Part shown: positions 59,407 to 64,000 of the stretch, one piece after another
How positions within the stretch are numbered: the stretch's first letter is position 1
Layout: the number at the start of each line of letters is the position of its first letter
NCBI GenBank assembly: GCA_963772365.1
Contig: CAVYXA010000003.1
Span: 288,001-352,000 of the forward strand
Source of the DNA: an uncultured Verrucomicrobiae bacterium
GTDB lineage: Bacteria; Verrucomicrobiota; Verrucomicrobiia; Chthoniobacterales; UBA10450
Direction of reading: 5' to 3'
DNA: 64,000 nucleotides
Position numbers and translations under genes: made by a program
Notes under the pieces: model-generated
Told to the model about the DNA's origin: nothing
Seen by the model: the letters and a program-made list of their open reading frames with translations, nothing else
The model's database searches: none

Positions 59407-60884
59407 AATCCAGCGCGATCGTTATAATCGCCGTGGGAATGTTGGTGATTCCATTCTCGCTGTTGTCATTCGCAGCCGAGCAGCCGCGACAGGCTTCGGC
59501 GTCGTCTAAGTACACGTGTTTGATGCACCCGGAAGTGATCAGCGACAAACCGGGAGAGTGTCCGAAATGCGGCATGAAGCTTGTGCCACTGAAATCGCAG
59601 CGATCGGAGAATCGATCGGTCGTTTCGGCTTCACACGAAACGTCCGCCGCCCCCGGCCACGAAATGAGCATGCAGTCGTCGATCAACATTGCCGAACCGA
59701 TGTCGATCGAGAGTTCGGGAACGGCGTGGATTCCGGAGACAACTCCGATTTACGGAAAAATGTTCATGCTCGGTAATGATATGTTGATGCTGCATGGCGC
59801 GGCATTCCCGCGCTACACCAATGCGAGCACGCGACGCGGCGATGATCGCTTCGACATGCCCAATTGGTTCATGGCGATGTATTCGCATTTGCTCGATAGC
59901 AATTCACAAATTGGCGCACGCCTGATGATGAGTCTCGATCCGCTGACTGAAGGCGGACGCGGCTATCCGCTGTTATTTCAATCGGGTGAATCGTGGAACG
60001 ATGAGCCGCTTCACGATCGACAACATCCGCATGATTTGTTCGACGAATTATCGCTGAGCTATTCCCGCAAGGTTGCGGGCGATTTTTCCAGCTATCTTTA
60101 TTTTGGATATCCGGGCGAGCCTGCGCTTGGCCCCCCGACGTTCATGCATCGGCTCAGCGCAATGGACAATCCCGACGCGCCAATCGGCCATCATTGGATG
60201 GATTCGACCCACATTACCTTTGGCGTTGCGACTGGCGGACTAGTTTGGAAGAGCATTAAGCTCGAAGGAAGCATCTTTACAGGTCGTGAGCCCGACGAGA
60301 ACCGGTACGATTTCGACCGGCCGCGCTTCGATTCCTACAGCGGCAGAGTTTCCTGGAATCCGATGCCAAATCTGGCGTTACAAGTTTCCCATGGTTATCT
60401 GCACAGCCCCGAAGCGCTCGAGCCTGATGTGAATCAACATCGAACGACCGCCTCGGCGATCTACGATCTCCCGCTGGGGCCTGATTCGAACTGGTCGAGC
60501 TCGCTTGTATGGGCGCAGGATCGGAACTCTGGTGAGCGATCCACGCATGCATTTCTCGCCGAGTCCCAGTATCAACGGGGGCGCGATTCGGTTTACGTGC
60601 GTTGGGAGCGGGTCGAAAAATCAGGGCATGAGTTAGTTCTGGACGAAATGGATCATGACAAGATTTTTGCGGTATCAGGCTATTCCATGGGTTACGTGCA
60701 CGATTTCGTGCATGATCGGGGGGTCGACGTCGGCCTCGGCGCGCAATTCACCTTCAATGAAATGCCCGATTATCTCGAAAAATACTACGGCGACGATTTG
60801 CCGTATTCGTTTCAGTTCTTTCTGCGTGTCCGGCCTTCCTTAATGAAGATGGACCACGCGCAGATGACGGGCATGACGAAGTGA
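59403..60884 (+). CDS. HMBD-containing His/Met-rich putative outer-membrane protein
   Basis: Signal peptide, YTCLMHP...CPKCGMKL, DRQHPHD, FMHR, HHWMDSTH, amphipathic beta-strands, MDHAQM tail. Confidence 0.75.
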   Translation: MKSSAIVIIAVGMLVIPFSLLSFAAEQPRQASASSKYTCLMHPEVISDKPGECPKCGMKLVPLKSQRSENRSVVSASHETSAAPGHEMSMQSSINIAEPMSIESSGTAWIPETTPIYGKMFMLGNDMLMLHGAAFPRYTNASTRRGDDRFDMPNWFMAMYSHLLDSNSQIGARLMMSLDPLTEGGRGYPLLFQSGESWNDEPLHDRQHPHDLFDELSLSYSRKVAGDFSSYLYFGYPGEPALGPPTFMHRLSAMDNPDAPIGHHWMDSTHITFGVATGGLVWKSIKLEGSIFTGREPDENRYDFDRPRFDSYSGRVSWNPMPNLALQVSHGYLHSPEALEPDVNQHRTTASAIYDLPLGPDSNWSSSLVWAQDRNSGERSTHAFLAESQYQRGRDSVYVRWERVEKSGHELVLDEMDHDKIFAVSGYSMGYVHDFVHDRGVDVGLGAQFTFNEMPDYLEKYYGDDLPYSFQFFLRVRPSLMKMDHAQMTGMTK

Positions 60885-60892
60885 TCCGCTCC

Positions 60893-61894
60893 TCAGGATT
60901 TTGTGACCGGATAACTTGAAAGCGCACGCATGTATTGAGCGCGCTCGAATGCACTCGGATCGGGACAATTCTGCTGGCTCATGCTGCCTTTGAGTTGCTC
61001 GACAGATTCGTATTCGTGTTCGTCAAGCCACTCGCGCATTTCGCGCTCGATCACGCGGATATGATCGATGCCGCGCCGCAACAGGATTGAGCAGAGCATC
61101 GTGACGTCGGCTCCGGCCATCAACATTTTCAACGCATCGGTGGCGCGATGAATTCCGCTGGTCGCGGCCAGGTTCGCACCGATCCGGCCGTATAAGAGCG
61201 CAATCCAGCGCATCGGCAACCGCATCGCCATCGGCGTGCTCAGCAAAATATTCGGACTGATTTCGAGCGTCTCCAGTTCGATATCCGGTTGATAGAATCG
61301 ATTGAACAAAACCAGCGCGTCGGCCCCATTGCGATCAAGACTGCGCGCGAACCGCGCGAAATTAGTGAAGAAAGGGCTCAGCTTTACCGCCACCGGGATC
61401 TTTACCTGCGCTTTCACCGAAGCGATAATTGTCAGGTAATCGTTCTCGATTTCGTCAGCGCTTTGATCGGGATTGGTCGGCACATTGTAGATGTTCAATT
61501 CCAACCCATCCGCGCCAGCCTGCTCGATCTCCCGGGCGTACTTCATCCAGCCACCGAAGGTGGTGCCATTGAGACTACCAATGATCGGAATATCGACCGC
61601 CGCTTTTGCCTGCGCGATGTGCTCGACATACGCCTCCGGGCCGACCTTGAACTCGGTGGGCTCGGCGAAATAAGTCAGCGCTTCGGGATGCGATTCCGCT
61701 CCTTGCTCGAGATAATAATGCAGCTCGTGATGTTCGCGGCGCAGTTGCTCTTCAAATAGGGAATGAAAGACAATGGCCGAAGCGCCCGCATCCTCCATGC
61801 GTTTGATGTTGTTGATGTCCTGCGAAAGCGGTGATGCCGAGGGCACCAACGGCGTGCGCAATTGAAAACCGAGATAAGTAGTAGCGAGGTTCAT
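60893..61894 (-). CDS. Dihydroorotate dehydrogenase-like flavoprotein
   Basis: SASPL, SLFEEQ, LELN, VAVKLSP, LFNRF, AGAD, FERAQY; overlaps the nifJ stop. Confidence 0.88.
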   Translation of the reverse strand: MNLATTYLGFQLRTPLVPSASPLSQDINNIKRMEDAGASAIVFHSLFEEQLRREHHELHYYLEQGAESHPEALTYFAEPTEFKVGPEAYVEHIAQAKAAVDIPIIGSLNGTTFGGWMKYAREIEQAGADGLELNIYNVPTNPDQSADEIENDYLTIIASVKAQVKIPVAVKLSPFFTNFARFARSLDRNGADALVLFNRFYQPDIELETLEISPNILLSTPMAMRLPMRWIALLYGRIGANLAATSGIHRATDALKMLMAGADVTMLCSILLRRGIDHIRVIEREMREWLDEHEYESVEQLKGSMSQQNCPDPSAFERAQYMRALSSYPVTKS

Positions 61895-64000
61895 GGCTTG
61901 TTAGGATTAAGGTTTCGAGCGGCGAGGTATTCGTAAAGACTGCGGCGAACATCGACATCGTGCTGGGCCTGATTCAGCATCTGTTTCGCGGCGGCGGGAT
62001 GCGTTTTGTCGAGCATCCGGAACCGGTTCTCCAGCTGGAAGTAATCGGCGACCTTGATTTTTGGCGTCGGCGAATCGAGATGCAGCGGATTTTCCCCCAT
62101 CTCGGCGCGTTCAGGATTGTAGCGATAGAGAAGCCACTGGGCCGAATTCACGGCAGCTTTCTGGTTCTGCATCGCGGTGGTCATGTTGATGCCGTGTGCG
62201 ATGCAATGGCTGTAGGCGATGATCAAGGCCGGGCCGTCGAACGCTTCCGCTTCCAGAAATGCTTTCAACGTGTGCTCGTCTTTTGCCCCCATCGCGACCG
62301 ACGCAACGTAGATCGTGCCGTAGGTCATCGCCATCAGACCGAGATCTTTTTTCGGCGCGCGTTTTCCTGCCGATGCGAACTTCGCTACCGCTGCGCGCGG
62401 TGTTGATTTGGAGCATTGCCCGCCGGTGTTCGAATAAACTTCCGTGTCGAGTAAAAGCACTTTGACGTTGCGCCCGCTGGCCAGGACATGATCGAGACCG
62501 CCGTAACCGATATCGTAACCCCAGCCGTCGCCGCCCACGATCCAGACGCTCTTGCGCACAAACAGATCGGCCAGCGCGAGCAGACGTTTCACCTTTTTAC
62601 CGCCTAACGTTTCAAGCCGGTGCTTCAGCTCGGCAACGCGCGCTCGCTGATCGAAGATATCAGCTTCGTCGCGTTGCCGGGCATTCAAAATTTCCAGCGC
62701 CAGATGCCGTCCGACTTGAGGCGAAAGCTCCTGGAGCAATTCGCCCGCGAACTCCTGTTGCTTGTCGATCGAAACCCGGAACCCGAGACCAAACTCCGCG
62801 TTGTCTTCGAACAGTGAATTGGCCCAGGCCGGGCCGCGTCCTTGTCGATCCTGCGCGTAAGGGGTGGTCGGTAGATTGCCGCCGTAGATCGACGAACAAC
62901 CGGTTGCGTTTGCGATTATGAGACGATCGCCGAACAACTGCGTCAGGAGTTTGATGTAGGGCGTTTCACCACAGCCGGCACATGCTCCCGAAAATTCGAA
63001 CAACGGCTGTTGCACCTGCATCGCGCGCACGTTCGTCGTCGAAACCTGACGCCGATCCCTGTCCGGAATTGAGAGGAAAAAATTCCAGTTCTCGCGCTCC
63101 GATTCACGCAAGGGAAGCTGCGGCGCCATGTTGATCGCCTTGAGTCGCGCTTCCGATTTATTGCGCGCTGGACACACATCGACGCAAATTCCGCAGCCCG
63201 TGCAATCCTCGACCGCGACCTGCAACGTGTAACGCAAATCTTTCCACTCCGGCAGCCGCGCATCGCGCGATTTGAACGTTGCTGGAGCGCCGGAGAGCGC
63301 AGCGGCATCGTAAACCTTACTTCGAATGACGGAATGCGGGCAGACGAACACGCATTTGCCGCATTGAATGCAGACCTGCGGATCCCACACTGGAACTTCG
63401 GTCGCCAGGTTCCGCTTTTCCCAGCGGGCAGTGCCGGTCGGAAACGTTCCATCGTTAGGCAAGGCGGTCACCGGAACGCGCTCGCCACGACCGGCCATAA
63501 TTTCACCGAGCACATTTCTTAGGAACGGCCGCTGGTAGGGCGCGACCGCCGGGCGCGCCGTTTCGTCGTTCGCGCCATTCCGGCTGACTTTTTTTGGTAA
63601 TTCCACCTCGTAAAGATGCGCGAGCGTTTCATCGACAGCGCGCAAGTTCTGCTCAACGATTTCGTCGCCTTTCCTGGCGTATGTCTTACGAATAGATTCC
63701 TTGATCGCAGCGATTGCTTTGTCGGGCGGCAACACACCCGAGATGGCGAAAAAGCACGTCTGCATGACGGTATTGATTCGCCCGCCCATACCGCACTCGT
63801 GCGCGACTTTGTTTGCATCGATAACGAATAAGCGGGCCTGCTTTTCAACGAGCTGATATTGCACTTGTTTCGGGAGATGGTCCCAAACGCGGTCGCGATC
63901 GAACGGAGAATTCAGCAGAAACGTGCCGCTTTTCGCGATGTCGCGGAGCACGTCGCACCGCTCGAGCAAGAACGGCTGATGACAAGCGACAAAGTTCGCC
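61891..64000 (-). CDS. nifJ: Pyruvate:ferredoxin (flavodoxin) oxidoreductase, 5' part outside window
   Basis: CIQCGKCVFVCPH, EDCTGCGICVDVCP, FSGACAGCGE, NATGCSSIYGG, GGDGW, EVYSNTGGQ. Confidence 0.96.
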   Translation of the reverse strand, partial: ANFVACHQPFLLERCDVLRDIAKSGTFLLNSPFDRDRVWDHLPKQVQYQLVEKQARLFVIDANKVAHECGMGGRINTVMQTCFFAISGVLPPDKAIAAIKESIRKTYARKGDEIVEQNLRAVDETLAHLYEVELPKKVSRNGANDETARPAVAPYQRPFLRNVLGEIMAGRGERVPVTALPNDGTFPTGTARWEKRNLATEVPVWDPQVCIQCGKCVFVCPHSVIRSKVYDAAALSGAPATFKSRDARLPEWKDLRYTLQVAVEDCTGCGICVDVCPARNKSEARLKAINMAPQLPLRESERENWNFFLSIPDRDRRQVSTTNVRAMQVQQPLFEFSGACAGCGETPYIKLLTQLFGDRLIIANATGCSSIYGGNLPTTPYAQDRQGRGPAWANSLFEDNAEFGLGFRVSIDKQQEFAGELLQELSPQVGRHLALEILNARQRDEADIFDQRARVAELKHRLETLGGKKVKRLLALADLFVRKSVWIVGGDGWGYDIGYGGLDHVLASGRNVKVLLLDTEVYSNTGGQCSKSTPRAAVAKFASAGKRAPKKDLGLMAMTYGTIYVASVAMGAKDEHTLKAFLEAEAFDGPALIIAYSHCIAHGINMTTAMQNQKAAVNSAQWLLYRYNPERAEMGENPLHLDSPTPKIKVADYFQLENRFRMLDKTHPAAAKQMLNQAQHDVDVRRSLYEYLAARNLNPNKP

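Noticed and set aside
1..64000. CRISPR array, rRNA, transposase or prophage
   Set aside because: No regularly spaced repeat-spacer array or recognisable motifs seen by eye

Overview
A 64-kb bacterial chromosomal window. Protein and repeat style suggest soil Verrucomicrobiota (Chthoniobacterales / Ca. Udaeobacter-like); this is inference, not a database result. Left to right: a glycosylation/LPS-type cluster, acyl-CoA dehydrogenase, a GT-C plus polyprenol-P-mannose synthase pair, comEC, trmB, slt, priA, and four secreted proteins sharing a ~165-aa C-terminal 'SRKxH...dockerin' module. Then a membrane patatin/cPLA2-like lipase, purSQ, tyrS, tadA, tRNA-Gln(CTG), H+-PPase, gltX, a TMTC-like TPR protein and glnS. 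A mosaic region follows (orphan nuoI, gltD fragment, higBA, AAA-DUF4143 ATPase, clp fragment, orphan ORFs), then cytochrome c maturation genes, a Cu/Ag efflux operon with a Cys-rich leader, a DHODH-like gene and partial PFOR. Best candidates for undescribed biology: (1) the modular dockerin-tailed secretome; (2) a putative metal-sensing leader peptide whose stop codon pairs with the cusC start region; (3) an AAA-DUF4143 gene flanked by duplicated clp 3' ends with a tandem operator on its start codon; (4) palindromic elements inserted in frame in gltX, glnS and cusB, and placed 16 nt before both tyrS and gltX. At least four gene-truncating junctions and several single-base frameshifts may be real scars or long-read/assembly artefacts.
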